From contig VGRO01000008.1 of assembly GCA_016875335.1 (NCBI GenBank), positions 18-64,017 of the forward strand: a DNA stretch of 64,000 nucleotides, written 5' to 3'. Positions 47,501-55,745 of this stretch are shown here, one piece after another (position 1 is the stretch's first letter; every line of letters begins with the position of its first letter). The position numbers were made by a program, and so were the translations under genes. The notes beneath the pieces were generated by a model that was not told the DNA's origin, did no database searches, and saw only the letters and a list, made by a program, of their open reading frames with translations. The DNA is from Deltaproteobacteria bacterium (GTDB lineage Bacteria; Myxococcota_A; UBA9042).

Positions 47501-47862
47501 ACGTCTCGACCTGGCCATATTGGTGGAACTGGCCGGTCGCCAAGGCGGGCGAAGCGGCACCTGCGCCGAAATCGCAGTTGCTGGTGTTCGACGCCAAGGA
47601 CCCGAGCAAGCTCTCCCAGACCATGGCCTTGGAAGCGGGCGCCGGCGTCAACTGGCTGCAAGCCGACAGCGGTGTGCTCTTTGCCCACCTGCGGTCCGGC
47701 CTCGGCACCACCGCATGGAACGTGACGGCGCCGACGCAGCCCAAGTTCCAGGCCTTCCTGCCCACCCAGGGCTACTGGTCGCCGCGGGTGCTGGTCCTGG
47801 ACAAGAAGGCCTACCTGCCGAGCGGCTGGTACGGCGTGCAGGCGTTCGCGATCGCGCCCTGA
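44575..47862 (+). CDS. Large beta-propeller (LVIVD-like repeat) lipoprotein
   Basis: Lipobox AGIA-C; EAGDVAKLKGTTLYILNQWRGLQVVDVAKPAAPKLV; repeated (V/L)xD(L/V)xxPxxP blades; Gly/Ser/Asp-rich inserts. Confidence 0.8.
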   Translation: MHNNFSTWRTWQWSLVAALSLAGIACEDGAAPPATPSSSAEFKSFKPAGKGGGGKSAALGGEAATGAAANNKAGQTAAPKVEAGDVAKLKGTTLYILNQWRGLQVVDVAKPAAPKLVAKVPMVGQPSEMYVDANEAIALVTQVAELTDDAGKPVAKSGSVVRRVALGAQPKEVAALAIPGQIAASKRVGDKLVLVVPQVSWNPWWGGCWSPYGCAEMAVGGAATSDVAVSKGGTSAGGMAYPGYYGGGYAADKTKVVIVDLAAAGKLTQVGEVEVPGGVLTASIEAGEVLIASQNYVYADTTGTMHERLAQVLLDPAGKPSLGAVNDVKNVWSANSSSSMVQADRIGAGRMAVVRQTWGGSGGYTHVVETWQAASGAWTKTASLSKAGFNGVRFVVEGTQAILAYGDPVSASGATNDPGQGGDPDDGTPKAQKLHLDVLDLAAPATIAVASKATLDNGGYDVWGTQVRPLGAGLWLIGHRGASWSDLQLDVVSLLDPAKPQWVGKLGLKSDYGLQVETLAPDLLAVAVVGAPTKGGTGTGAEPAPGSGATPGVQLISLDSKGGLAKRGLFQSDIVYWYQLKNLLDAKTLYRIHNAALETVDLADLDKPKKLGGIDLAAEVAEAIVAGGRLVALVQDWQSGTSELRVLKAGSNDELDPEGTLALNNGWGRLYAHGNLVYLSDGGSVRVFDVTDPKAPKARGTWQTPQQTYKPEDNVWWNTYELAQNGAVLYATTTQVKYKVQTGKVCEGDGGSGGSSTGSAGSAPSSGGGAPKPATDAGSSDPGGSGGGSGGGSGGADSPDGGSTPDKPDSPGTDGPYVPTCYTDPVFTTKVVAIDLTNPDAPKTGGSVELKGASWVQNPQMAGTKTLALSHYKQSVGKDGQWFGEYWLDRVDTSTAAQPKLIDSTNIPGWLVGIAADGKSAVTLDWQPKAGSKPEDNKVENVLVAITLGGGKAKIAKQIAMPDQVGATLRHGEAVYVSTWPYWWNWPVAKAGEAAPAPKSQLLVFDAKDPSKLSQTMALEAGAGVNWLQADSGVLFAHLRSGLGTTAWNVTAPTQPKFQAFLPTQGYWSPRVLVLDKKAYLPSGWYGVQAFAIAP

Positions 47863-47883
47863 CGAATTGATCTGCGCAGCGCA

Positions 47884-47945
47884 CCGCGGTGCCTGCTCGG
47901 CCCCCCTGATCCCCGGGGCCGAGCGGGCGCCGCGGCGGCTTTTTT
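47884..47945 (+). terminator. Rho-independent terminator
   Basis: 21 bp stem CCGCGGTGCCTGCTCGGCCCC/GGGGCCGAGCGGGCGCCGCGG (two G.U pairs) followed by CGGCTTTTTT, between convergent genes. Confidence 0.82.
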
Positions 47946-48003
47946 GACGCGGACCACAGGTCCTGTGCTGCTGCGTCGGCCGGGCGCACCGCCTGCGGAG
48001 CGT

Positions 48004-50127
48004 TCAGCCCAGGTGCCGCAGCCAGGCATAGAGGGCCACCGACAGCGACCACAGTGCCACCCACACCGCCAGCGATCGGGCGCGGCGGCGATCCTCGCTG
48101 GCCGTGAAGGCCGCCAGGGCGTCGGGCCGTTCCAGTTTCGCGCCCACCGGCAGTGGTGGCCGCCGCGTGAAGTACAGGCCGACCCGCCGGGTGACCTTCA
48201 TCTGCGCATTGACGGCCCAGCCGTTGGCTTCGAGCAGGGCGCTCATGTCGCGCCGGCGCAGCCGCAGCCAGCCGAGCACCCCGGCAACTGCGGCCACCAG
48301 CGCACAGACCGCCAGCACCGCCAGCAGCAAGGTGCTCAGGCGCATGCGCGCCAGCGACGTCACCGCGTAGGTCACCGCAGAGCTGAGCGCCGCGAACGTC
48401 AGGCCGCCACCCACCAGGATCGTCTGCCACGACGGCGCAGTGACGACGGCTTTGGCCGGCTCCGCGGGCTTGCCATCGGCCGCCTTGGCCGGTTCGACCT
48501 GCTTGTCGAGTGTGCCGCCGAGCAGCCCCTTCTTGGGGTCCACGACCCGGCCGGCCACCGCCTGCACCCGGTCGGTCAGCGTCTGCCAGGCGTTGCGGAA
48601 CGGCGCCCGCATCGCCTCGGCGATCGACACCGGGTTGTCCACGATGTCCACCACCAGCGCGTCGAACTGACCCCCTTGGCGATCGACGAAAAGCCCACGC
48701 CTGCCGATGGCGATGCGGCCCACCTCGCCCGAAGTGACGGGTGCCGCAATGTCGAAAAGCGCCGCGCCCCCAGCCGCGGCCGACACCTCGCAGTAGACCA
48801 GGCACAAGGCGCTGGCTTCGGCAATCCTGCGGTGCGCCGCCCGATCGGCGACGTGCAGGCAGAACTCCAGGCGCCGGCCGTCCAGGACCAGTGAGCCGGC
48901 GTCGAAAAGCGCCACCTGCGTCGTGTCGTACACCGCAGAGAAGTTGACGAAGTTGTTGGCGATCTCCAGAATCGAGCGGTGCAAAACCAGCGTGCGGTGC
49001 AGGTCGCCCAGGGCGTCGACCTCGCTGGCCGCGTCGGCGTCGATGCGCGCGACGGCGCCTAGCGCCTCCAAGAGTGCCGGGTCGCACAACGCCCGCACAC
49101 GATCGGCGCCGAGTTGATCGAACGGCTCGGGGGGCCGGGCCTGCAGCCATTCGCGCCACGGACGCACCTCCGCTTGCAGCAGCGCCCATGAGTTGCGCGT
49201 CCAGGCCGGCGCCGCGCTGGCAGGGCTCGCCGCGCGGACCAGCGCGACCTGTTCGCGAAAGCGCGGGTGGATCCATGCATCGGCCGCGAGCGCGCCTGAC
49301 TCGACCGGCGCGGAGAGCGGCACGCGGCCCAGCGCCTCCTGCAAGGCCGCGAGGTCCAGGCCCGGCCAGTCGGCGTCGCGCGGGGTGTGCACGCCGCCGA
49401 ACCCGCCGGCTTCGGCCTGTGCCTGCGCCAGTTCGCACAACGCGAACCAGGTCTGCATCGGACGATCGAGGCGGTCCACGGCAGCGACGGCGACTTCGGT
49501 GATGGGGCCCCACACTTCGGCCGCCGGCCGGCCGTCGCGCCACACGAGCCACGCCTGGGCGCGCTCGGCGAAGTTGTCGAGTTCGGCGTGGCCGACGCCG
49601 GGTTGCCCTGAGGCGTCGAGCCGCCCCGGCACCACCGCCAGCATGTCGGCGATCGCGGCCGCCAACTCCGCATCCTCGACCGCCGCTGCCGGCACCACGC
49701 CATCGCCGTTGGCGAGGCGCGTGGCGTAGGCGGCCTCGAATGCCACCACGTCGTCCAGGTGTACGGCGCCGTCGCCGCCGCGGCCCGTTTCGGTGGCCAC
49801 CCGTCGCGCGGTCGCCCGCATCTGTCGACCTTCGGCGGTCTGGTCGTCAAACTCCTCGAAAAAAAGCGAACTGCTGCCGTCGGCGAGGCGGTCGCGGCCG
49901 CGCACCCGCGCAAACAGGAACTCGCGGGCAGCCACCAATTGCTCAGCGCGCACCCGACCCGTGCCCCGAGGATCGAGCGCCTGGGCCAGCGTCGGGTCCG
50001 CGCACAGGTCGGCGGTCGGTGCCGAAGTCGCCGCCCAGTGGGCCAGGTCCAGGTCGTCGATGCGCTCGAGGTCGGCGGCGTTGGTGACGGCGAACTGATG
50101 GATGCCGCCGAAGTTGCGAAACAGCAT
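48004..50127 (-). CDS. Conserved hypothetical protein with degenerate EF-hand-like loops and two C-terminal TM helices
   Basis: DLAHWAATSAP, DPRGTGRVR, ANGDGVVP, SLVLDGRRLEFCL, GRRGLFVDRQG..DALVVDIVDNPVSI, LEANGWAVN. Start ATG 50127. Confidence 0.65.
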   Translation of the reverse strand: MLFRNFGGIHQFAVTNAADLERIDDLDLAHWAATSAPTADLCADPTLAQALDPRGTGRVRAEQLVAAREFLFARVRGRDRLADGSSSLFFEEFDDQTAEGRQMRATARRVATETGRGGDGAVHLDDVVAFEAAYATRLANGDGVVPAAAVEDAELAAAIADMLAVVPGRLDASGQPGVGHAELDNFAERAQAWLVWRDGRPAAEVWGPITEVAVAAVDRLDRPMQTWFALCELAQAQAEAGGFGGVHTPRDADWPGLDLAALQEALGRVPLSAPVESGALAADAWIHPRFREQVALVRAASPASAAPAWTRNSWALLQAEVRPWREWLQARPPEPFDQLGADRVRALCDPALLEALGAVARIDADAASEVDALGDLHRTLVLHRSILEIANNFVNFSAVYDTTQVALFDAGSLVLDGRRLEFCLHVADRAAHRRIAEASALCLVYCEVSAAAGGAALFDIAAPVTSGEVGRIAIGRRGLFVDRQGGQFDALVVDIVDNPVSIAEAMRAPFRNAWQTLTDRVQAVAGRVVDPKKGLLGGTLDKQVEPAKAADGKPAEPAKAVVTAPSWQTILVGGGLTFAALSSAVTYAVTSLARMRLSTLLLAVLAVCALVAAVAGVLGWLRLRRRDMSALLEANGWAVNAQMKVTRRVGLYFTRRPPLPVGAKLERPDALAAFTASEDRRRARSLAVWVALWSLSVALYAWLRHLG

Positions 50128-50150
50128 GGCGCGCTCCGCAGCCGGCGGCA

Positions 50151-51845
50151 CTACAGAATCTTGCAGTACGCTGGCCAATTTGCCGGCAGCCCGTTGGCAA
50201 AGGGCTTGTCGGCGCCCGGCTTGTGGGCAAGCAGGAACTCCGCGGCGTAGGCCCCGCCCTCCTTGGGCCACTTGTGGCCGAGCAGGTGGTTGCAGGCCAC
50301 TACGAAGTTGCCGTTGGCCTTGAGCTTGGCGAGCGCGCTCTCGGCCACCTTGTCGAAGTCCTGCTCAAACGCCTTGTCGGTCGGCCCGCCCCAACTGAAG
50401 ACAAGCGGCATCTTGCCGGCCTCCTTCGGCCACGGGTGCAGGTAGCCGCCCGAAAAGGGCGCGGCGGCGGCGATGGCCTTGGGCCGATGGACCGCCACAA
50501 ATGTGCTCATCAGGCCACCGCCCGACATGCCCATGGCGTAGACCCGCGTCTTGTCGATTTTCCACTGGTTGCCGACGCAGTGCAGCAGGTCGTCGAAGAA
50601 CACGAGGTCCGAGTTGTCGAGATCGAAGGCCGAGGCCGTGTAGTACCAGTCGGTCTTGAGCACGGCCTTGCCCTTGGCATCGCGCTCGGACCGCGGCGCC
50701 ACCAGGACGAAACCCTGGCCCTTGGCCTGTTCGGCCGTCAGCCCGCTCGTCTCGATCATCGCGTCCGGTTGGCCGCCGACGCCGTGGTACAAGAAGATCA
50801 CAGGCAAGCCCTCGGTGCTGCTGGCCTGCTTGGGCAGTTGCACCAGGAAGGTGCGGCTGCGTTCCGCGCTCGTCAGCGTGTTCTCGCCGGGCAGCAGCGC
50901 TGGACAGACATCCAGGTGCTTGTAGATCTTGGCCTGGTTGCCGGCGCAACTGGTCTCGTACGGCACCGTCTGCTTGCCCCACGGCACCGCCTTGAAGGTG
51001 CTGCCGGTCAGCATGGCGGAGAACTGAGGCACTTCGCCGTCGAGGCTGCCGCAGAACACTTGATTGCTGGTGATCTTGCCTTCAAGGACCATCGACAGCG
51101 GCACATCAGTCTGCGTAGGCGAGGCCTTGGCCGGCAGGGCCGTGTTGGCGATGACGATCTTGAACGCGCCGCCGGCCGCCACCGGGACGTTGAGCACCGT
51201 CGCGATGGGGTCGCTGGTGTAGGTGAGATCCGAACTCATCGCACGCAACTGCATCGCAAGGATGAGGCCGCCCTTGTCGATGTCGCCCTGGGTGACCACG
51301 GTCATCTTGAACGGCAGGTTCAAGTTGCCAAACGGCGGCAACTGGACCCCAAAAAACCACTCGCCGCTTTGCAGCAGGTCGTTGGTGCCGCCTTGGACGT
51401 CGATCGCCGGTTGGGCCATGTCCGCGGTGGCGGCATCGACCGCGGCGTCGGCCGGGCCGCCGTCCGCCTTGGCACCGTCCGCCGCCTGCACGTCGCCACT
51501 GGCTGTTTCTGCGGTTCCTGCGGTCGCTTCGGCGGTCGCCGCATCTGCGCTTGCTGTCGCGTCGGCCGCCTTGGCCGGAGGATCGCTGCCGCATCCGGGC
51601 AGACAAGCCAGGGACAGGCACAGGCAAAGGGACAGGCACAGGGACAGGGACTTGGACAGGGACTGGGCCAGGCACAGGGACAGGGACCGGGACTGGGACC
51701 GGGCCAGGCAAGGGAACAGGCACAGGGACTGGGACCGGGCCAAGCACAGGGACTGGGACCGGGACAGGCACAGGGACTGGGCCAGGCAAAGGGACCGGGA
51801 CCAGGACCAAGCCTGCGTGCAAGGGAGCGCCAAGAGTGCAGACAT
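50151..51845 (-). CDS. Lipoprotein with a C-terminal PHB-depolymerase/LpqC-like alpha/beta hydrolase; signal peptide expanded by tandem repeats
   Basis: GAGG RBS and ATG 51845; lipobox LPG-C after a 66 aa repeat; FLYHGVGG, nucleophile [14 protein letters not shown]. Confidence 0.78.
   Translation of the reverse strand: MSALLALPCTQAWSWSRSLCLAQSLCLSRSQSLCLARSQSLCLFPCLARSQSRSLSLCLAQSLSKSLSLCLSLCLCLSLACLPGCGSDPPAKAADATASADAATAEATAGTAETASGDVQAADGAKADGGPADAAVDAATADMAQPAIDVQGGTNDLLQSGEWFFGVQLPPFGNLNLPFKMTVVTQGDIDKGGLILAMQLRAMSSDLTYTSDPIATVLNVPVAAGGAFKIVIANTALPAKASPTQTDVPLSMVLEGKITSNQVFCGSLDGEVPQFSAMLTGSTFKAVPWGKQTVPYETSCAGNQAKIYKHLDVCPALLPGENTLTSAERSRTFLVQLPKQASSTEGLPVIFLYHGVGGQPDAMIETSGLTAEQAKGQGFVLVAPRSERDAKGKAVLKTDWYYTASAFDLDNSDLVFFDDLLHCVGNQWKIDKTRVYAMGMSGGGLMSTFVAVHRPKAIAAAAPFSGGYLHPWPKEAGKMPLVFSWGGPTDKAFEQDFDKVAESALAKLKANGNFVVACNHLLGHKWPKEGGAYAAEFLLAHKPGADKPFANGLPANWPAYCKIL
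51611..51808. repeat. Degenerate hexanucleotide tandem array, 33 units, consensus GG(G/C)AC(A/T/C)
   Basis: Parsed unit by unit (gggaca ggcaca ggcaaa gggaca ... gggacc gggacc aggacc); 198 bp; includes the G3N3 run GGGACAGGGACCGGGACTGGGACCGGG at 51677-51703. Confidence 0.95.
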
Positions 51846-51883
51846 GCGGCCTCGAACGTCGCCGCCTTGGGCGGCCCCGGCGC

Positions 51884-51965
51884 ACGATACGGTCAACGGG
51901 GGCGCAAGCGCAAGACCTGCAAGCCGGCCGCCCTCCTTGGCGATTGCGCGCGCATGCCGCACCAT
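51884..51965. promoter_or_regulatory. Divergent sigmaA promoters
   Basis: Minus strand TTGCGC (51913-51908)-18 nt-TATCGT (51889-51884). Plus strand TTGGCG (51937-51942)-17 nt-CACCAT (51960-51965). Confidence 0.5.
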
Positions 51966-52003
51966 AGCGGCCCGCCGTTGCCGGCGCCCGGCCCGAGGAT
52001 GCC

Positions 52004-53107
52004 ATGCGCGTGACCTTTGCTGCCTTGTTTGACGCGTTCGAGTGCGCGGACGACGACTGCGCGTGCCGGCGAGCCTTGCGCGCGGCCCCGGCGTCGGCCG
52101 CCAAGGGCTACCAGGCAGGCACATTCCCCTTTGGCCACGCTGAGCGGGCGATGTTGCGCGGAGCCCAGGCACTGGCCCAGGGCAAAGACGAACCGCCGAG
52201 CGGCGCCGACCTGCCCGGCGACTACCCGCTGGCGGCGGTGTCCACGCCGAGCGGCGCCGAACTGTACTTCGCGATGTTGTGTCCGACGGCCCGGGCGGCC
52301 GTCTGCGGCAACACGGACCCCGTCGACCTCGCGCGCGCCGAGGGTGGTTGGCGGCTGCCGGTGCAGGTCTTCGCGGCCGACAGCGGCAACAAGCTGGTGC
52401 GCCTCGATGCGGACCGTGTAGTTCCCTGGCGGCATTTCGCCCAGTTGCGCGAATGGCTGCTCGACGTGGTGGCCGACGCGACCCTGCAACCCCTGGCACG
52501 CTTTGCCCGCCTGGCGCACGCGGTCGACGAACTCTGCGTAGAGGGCGGCATCCAGTTCGCGGTGGCCAACGGCCTGCAGCCGCTGACGCCGCGCCGCTTC
52601 CTGGCGTTTCGCGCGCACCTGGAGGCGAGGCTGGCCGCGTGCGACGTCAAGTCGCTGGCCACCGCATACGGCCGCTGGCTGTCGCTGGTCCCCGAACTCG
52701 ACCACGGCCCGGGCGGTCCCAAGGCTGTGGTGGCGGCGCTCGGCGCCGATTTTCGCGAACTGGTCGGCCCCTGGTTGGCACCCGCCGAGACCGCGTTGGG
52801 GCCAGCGATGGAGACTTATCTCGCGGTGCGGGTGTTCGCGATTCCGCTGGACAAAGACACCACGTTGCGACGCGGTCACGCGGAATTGGTCGAGGGCTTC
52901 GCGATCGGCATGCGGCTGGCCCTGGCGTGGGCCCATGCGGCGCAGACCCTGGTCACACCGGCGGTGCTGCTCGCGGCTTGGTCGCTTGGCGAAGCGATGG
53001 TGGCCGACGCTGGCAAGCCGGTGCCGGCGTTCGCCCGCAAGCAGGGCGACCACGACCGGGCGCCGCGCATGGCCGACGTGGACATGACGCTGGCTGGTCT
53101 GGCTTGA
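52004..53107 (+). CDS. FliB (flagellin lysine-N-methylase)-like protein, divergent
   Basis: N-terminal FDAFECADDDCAC and a central ELYFAMLCPTARAAV resemble FliB-family Cys motifs; helical C-terminal half. Confidence 0.45.
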   Translation: MRVTFAALFDAFECADDDCACRRALRAAPASAAKGYQAGTFPFGHAERAMLRGAQALAQGKDEPPSGADLPGDYPLAAVSTPSGAELYFAMLCPTARAAVCGNTDPVDLARAEGGWRLPVQVFAADSGNKLVRLDADRVVPWRHFAQLREWLLDVVADATLQPLARFARLAHAVDELCVEGGIQFAVANGLQPLTPRRFLAFRAHLEARLAACDVKSLATAYGRWLSLVPELDHGPGGPKAVVAALGADFRELVGPWLAPAETALGPAMETYLAVRVFAIPLDKDTTLRRGHAELVEGFAIGMRLALAWAHAAQTLVTPAVLLAAWSLGEAMVADAGKPVPAFARKQGDHDRAPRMADVDMTLAGLA

Positions 53108-53132
53108 CGATTGCGCGCCAGACGATCGGGCG

Positions 53133-54497
53133 TCAACAGTCGGTCAGGTCCAAGACCTCGGGTTGGACGAAGTCGTCGAGGTCCACTGCAGGCTCGGGCC
53201 GGTCGGTGACGGCGCGCAATTCGTCGGTCCCGAACACGTCGATGTAGCGGCGCCAGACGCCGGCACAGATGCGATCCCAGTTGCAGCCCCCGCACACCGC
53301 CTCGGGCTTGACACGCTCGGGGTCGGCGGTCCGGCCGGCAAAGTCGCCGTACAGATCCTGGTGGTCGACGTAGTCGGGCATCACGCACGGCGGCACGCAT
53401 GCGCTTTGCGAGGTCTCGATGCGCAGGCCGGTGGCGCGTCCCAGTTCGAACGCCTCGGCGAACGGGGCCACGCATTCGCCAAAGCGCAGGACCAGGTGGC
53501 GGTTGAGCCAGGCGTTGCCGCGCGGCATGGCGTAGCTGAACTGCAGGCGCGCCAGCCCCTTGCCCCAGCGCGCCCATGCCCAGCGCGCAAAGGCCGGGAC
53601 CTGGCCGAGGTTGGGCCGCATCACCACGCACGTCAACTTGACCAGAAATCCGAGCTCGACCGCGCGGTCGATGGCGCGCAACTTGGCGTCGTGGCGCAAC
53701 AGGTCGGGGTGGTCCAGCATCTGCGCCGACAGGGCGGCGTCGGTCGCGTGCAGCGAAAAGCCGATGCCCAGGCGGTCGCGGTACGGCAGGTAGGCCTCGA
53801 GCGCGCCCGGGCGCGCCAGCCCGACGCCATTGGTCTGCACGATGATCTGCCGCGCCCCGGCGCCGTAAGCCAGCCCGACCATCTCGGGCAAGGCCTTGAC
53901 CAGCGTCGGCTCGCCACCCGAGAAGATGACCTGCGTCAGTTGGCCGGTGGGGATGCGCGCGACCAGCGATCGCAGCGCGGTTTTGCTCGGCACGATGTTG
54001 GCGTTGCCCTCGGTCGCGTTGCAAAACAAGCACTTTTCGTCACAGTGGTCGGTTACCCGCACATACAGTTTCTTGCCCGGCGAGATTTCCAGCACGTCGT
54101 CCACGGCAGGTCGCGTGAACCAACGCAAGGTGGCGCCGGCGGCGTCCAAACCGAGTGCGTCGCTCGCCCCCTGCAGCCCCTGGCCGATAAGGCCGAGCGC
54201 CGCGCCAAGTTCCGCGGAGTAGGCTCCCTCGCGGTAGCCGACGTTCCAGGCGGCGGTGCGCAGGTACGCGCCATCGTCGTCGCGGCGCGGCCCGGCGATG
54301 GCATGCGCGGTCTCGCCGCCGCGGGCGAGGATCCACAGCAGGTGCGCGCCGTCGTGCCGCCAACTGGTGACCGCGAATCCCGCCACCTGTGCGGGTGGCA
54401 GCAAGCCGGCGGGCCGCAGCAGATCGGCCTCGATCGCCGCCTGGCGTGGCACCGCGCCCTTGGTGCGCGCAATGACGGTGCGGTCCAGTAGGCCCAT
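53133..54497 (-). CDS. Radical SAM enzyme with an N-terminal extra domain and C-terminal Cys cluster
   Basis: CDEKCLFC (CxxxCxxC), FSGGEPTL, CVPPC and KPEAVCGGCNWDRICAGVWRRY. Start ATG 54497. Confidence 0.9.
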   Translation of the reverse strand: MGLLDRTVIARTKGAVPRQAAIEADLLRPAGLLPPAQVAGFAVTSWRHDGAHLLWILARGGETAHAIAGPRRDDDGAYLRTAAWNVGYREGAYSAELGAALGLIGQGLQGASDALGLDAAGATLRWFTRPAVDDVLEISPGKKLYVRVTDHCDEKCLFCNATEGNANIVPSKTALRSLVARIPTGQLTQVIFSGGEPTLVKALPEMVGLAYGAGARQIIVQTNGVGLARPGALEAYLPYRDRLGIGFSLHATDAALSAQMLDHPDLLRHDAKLRAIDRAVELGFLVKLTCVVMRPNLGQVPAFARWAWARWGKGLARLQFSYAMPRGNAWLNRHLVLRFGECVAPFAEAFELGRATGLRIETSQSACVPPCVMPDYVDHQDLYGDFAGRTADPERVKPEAVCGGCNWDRICAGVWRRYIDVFGTDELRAVTDRPEPAVDLDDFVQPEVLDLTDC

Positions 54498-54764
54498 CAG
54501 ACCCTGCGACGCCGCAGCATGGCGCCTGCGGCACGCTAACAAGGCCGGGCGGCGCTGGGCAATGCGCCGCGGCGAACCGCGCATGGACACGAAGGTTTCC
54601 ATCCCCGACCGTGACCGGGGTCTGACGCGTCTGACGCCGCCGTGGCACAAACCAGCCCCGGCGTGCCAAGATCACAGCGGCGGGCCGGTGCAGCGCGACC
54701 GGGCCGCGCGCGGCGTGCCAGGGCTTGGCGACGGCGCGACCCTGCCCAGCGCCCACCGGACCCG

Positions 54765-55745
54765 ATGACCAGCGCGCACCGAGACGTGGACCCGCTATCG
54801 CCGATCACCATCGGCACCCGCGGCAGCGACCTCGCCCTGTGGCAGGCCCGCCACGTCCAGGCCCTGCTCGGCGGGCCCGATGCGGGCGTGCAACTGCGCA
54901 TCATCAAGACCAGCGGCGACCGGTTCTTGGACATTGCGCTGCAAAATCAGTTGGACAAGGGCTTTTTCACCAAGGAACTCGAAGCCGAACTGCTGACCGG
55001 CGGCATCGACTTGGCGGTGCACTCGCTCAAGGACCTGCCGACCGAGAACCCGCCCGAATTGGTGCTTGGGGCCGTGCCGCCGCGCGCCGACACCGGCGAC
55101 GTGCTTTTCGTGCAGCCCGACGCCCACGACCCGAGCGCGCCCATGGGCCTTCGCCCGGGGGCCAGGGTGGGGACGGCCTCGCTGCGGCGCATGGCGCTTC
55201 TGCGCGCGCACGCGCCGCAGGTGCATTCGGAATTGCTGCGCGGCAACGTGCCCACCCGGCTCGGCAAGGCCAAGGACGGGGTCCTCGATGCCGTGGTGCT
55301 GGCCCGCGCTGGCGTGTCGCGGTTGGGCCTGGACTGGGGGGCGCTGTTGGCCTTTGACCTGGACCCGACGGTGTGGCTGCCGGCGGCCGGCCAGGGTGCC
55401 CTGGGGCTGCAGTGCCGCGCCGCGGACACCGGCCTGCGCGCGCGCCTCGACCGCATCGCCGACCCGATCGCCGCACTGGCCGTGCGCTGCGAGCGCGATG
55501 TGCTGCGGCGCTTGGAGGGGGGGTGCCATTCGCCGTTCGGTGCCCTGGCGACCGTGCAAGCCGCCACAGTGACTCTGCGCGCCGGCGCCGCCGCGGCCGA
55601 TGACCGCTGGGTGGCTGTGCAGGTGACGGCGCCTGCCGAGGCCGTCGCCGCCCAGACCGAAACTGCGTTGCGCGCGGCGCTGGTTGCGCCCGCCACGTCC
55701 AGAGCGGAGGCCGCGTGGGTCCAGCCTGCTCGACCGTGGTGCTGA
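54765..55745 (+). CDS. hemC: Hydroxymethylbilane synthase (porphobilinogen deaminase)
   Basis: IGTRGSDLALWQA, KGFFTKELE, DLAVHSLKDLP, GTASLRR, LRGNVPTRL, PAAGQGALG and GGCHSP. Confidence 0.96.
   Translation: MTSAHRDVDPLSPITIGTRGSDLALWQARHVQALLGGPDAGVQLRIIKTSGDRFLDIALQNQLDKGFFTKELEAELLTGGIDLAVHSLKDLPTENPPELVLGAVPPRADTGDVLFVQPDAHDPSAPMGLRPGARVGTASLRRMALLRAHAPQVHSELLRGNVPTRLGKAKDGVLDAVVLARAGVSRLGLDWGALLAFDLDPTVWLPAAGQGALGLQCRAADTGLRARLDRIADPIAALAVRCERDVLRRLEGGCHSPFGALATVQAATVTLRAGAAAADDRWVAVQVTAPAEAVAAQTETALRAALVAPATSRAEAAWVQPARPWC

Noticed and set aside
51551-51967. Plus-strand ORF encoding (Gly-Thr)n
   Set aside because: TTG start without an RBS, no promoter seen, fully antisense to a supported lipoprotein gene, and flanks without protein-like character. 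Kept only as a testable aside in the G4 finding.
54643-54660. sigma54 promoter for hemC
   Set aside because: TGGCAC is present but there is no TTGC/GC at the required 10 nt spacing on either strand.
51846-54764. His-Xaa-Ser RiPP-like system around the radical SAM gene
   Set aside because: I found no HxS-repeat precursor or second maturase in the flanking intergenic regions or ORFs.
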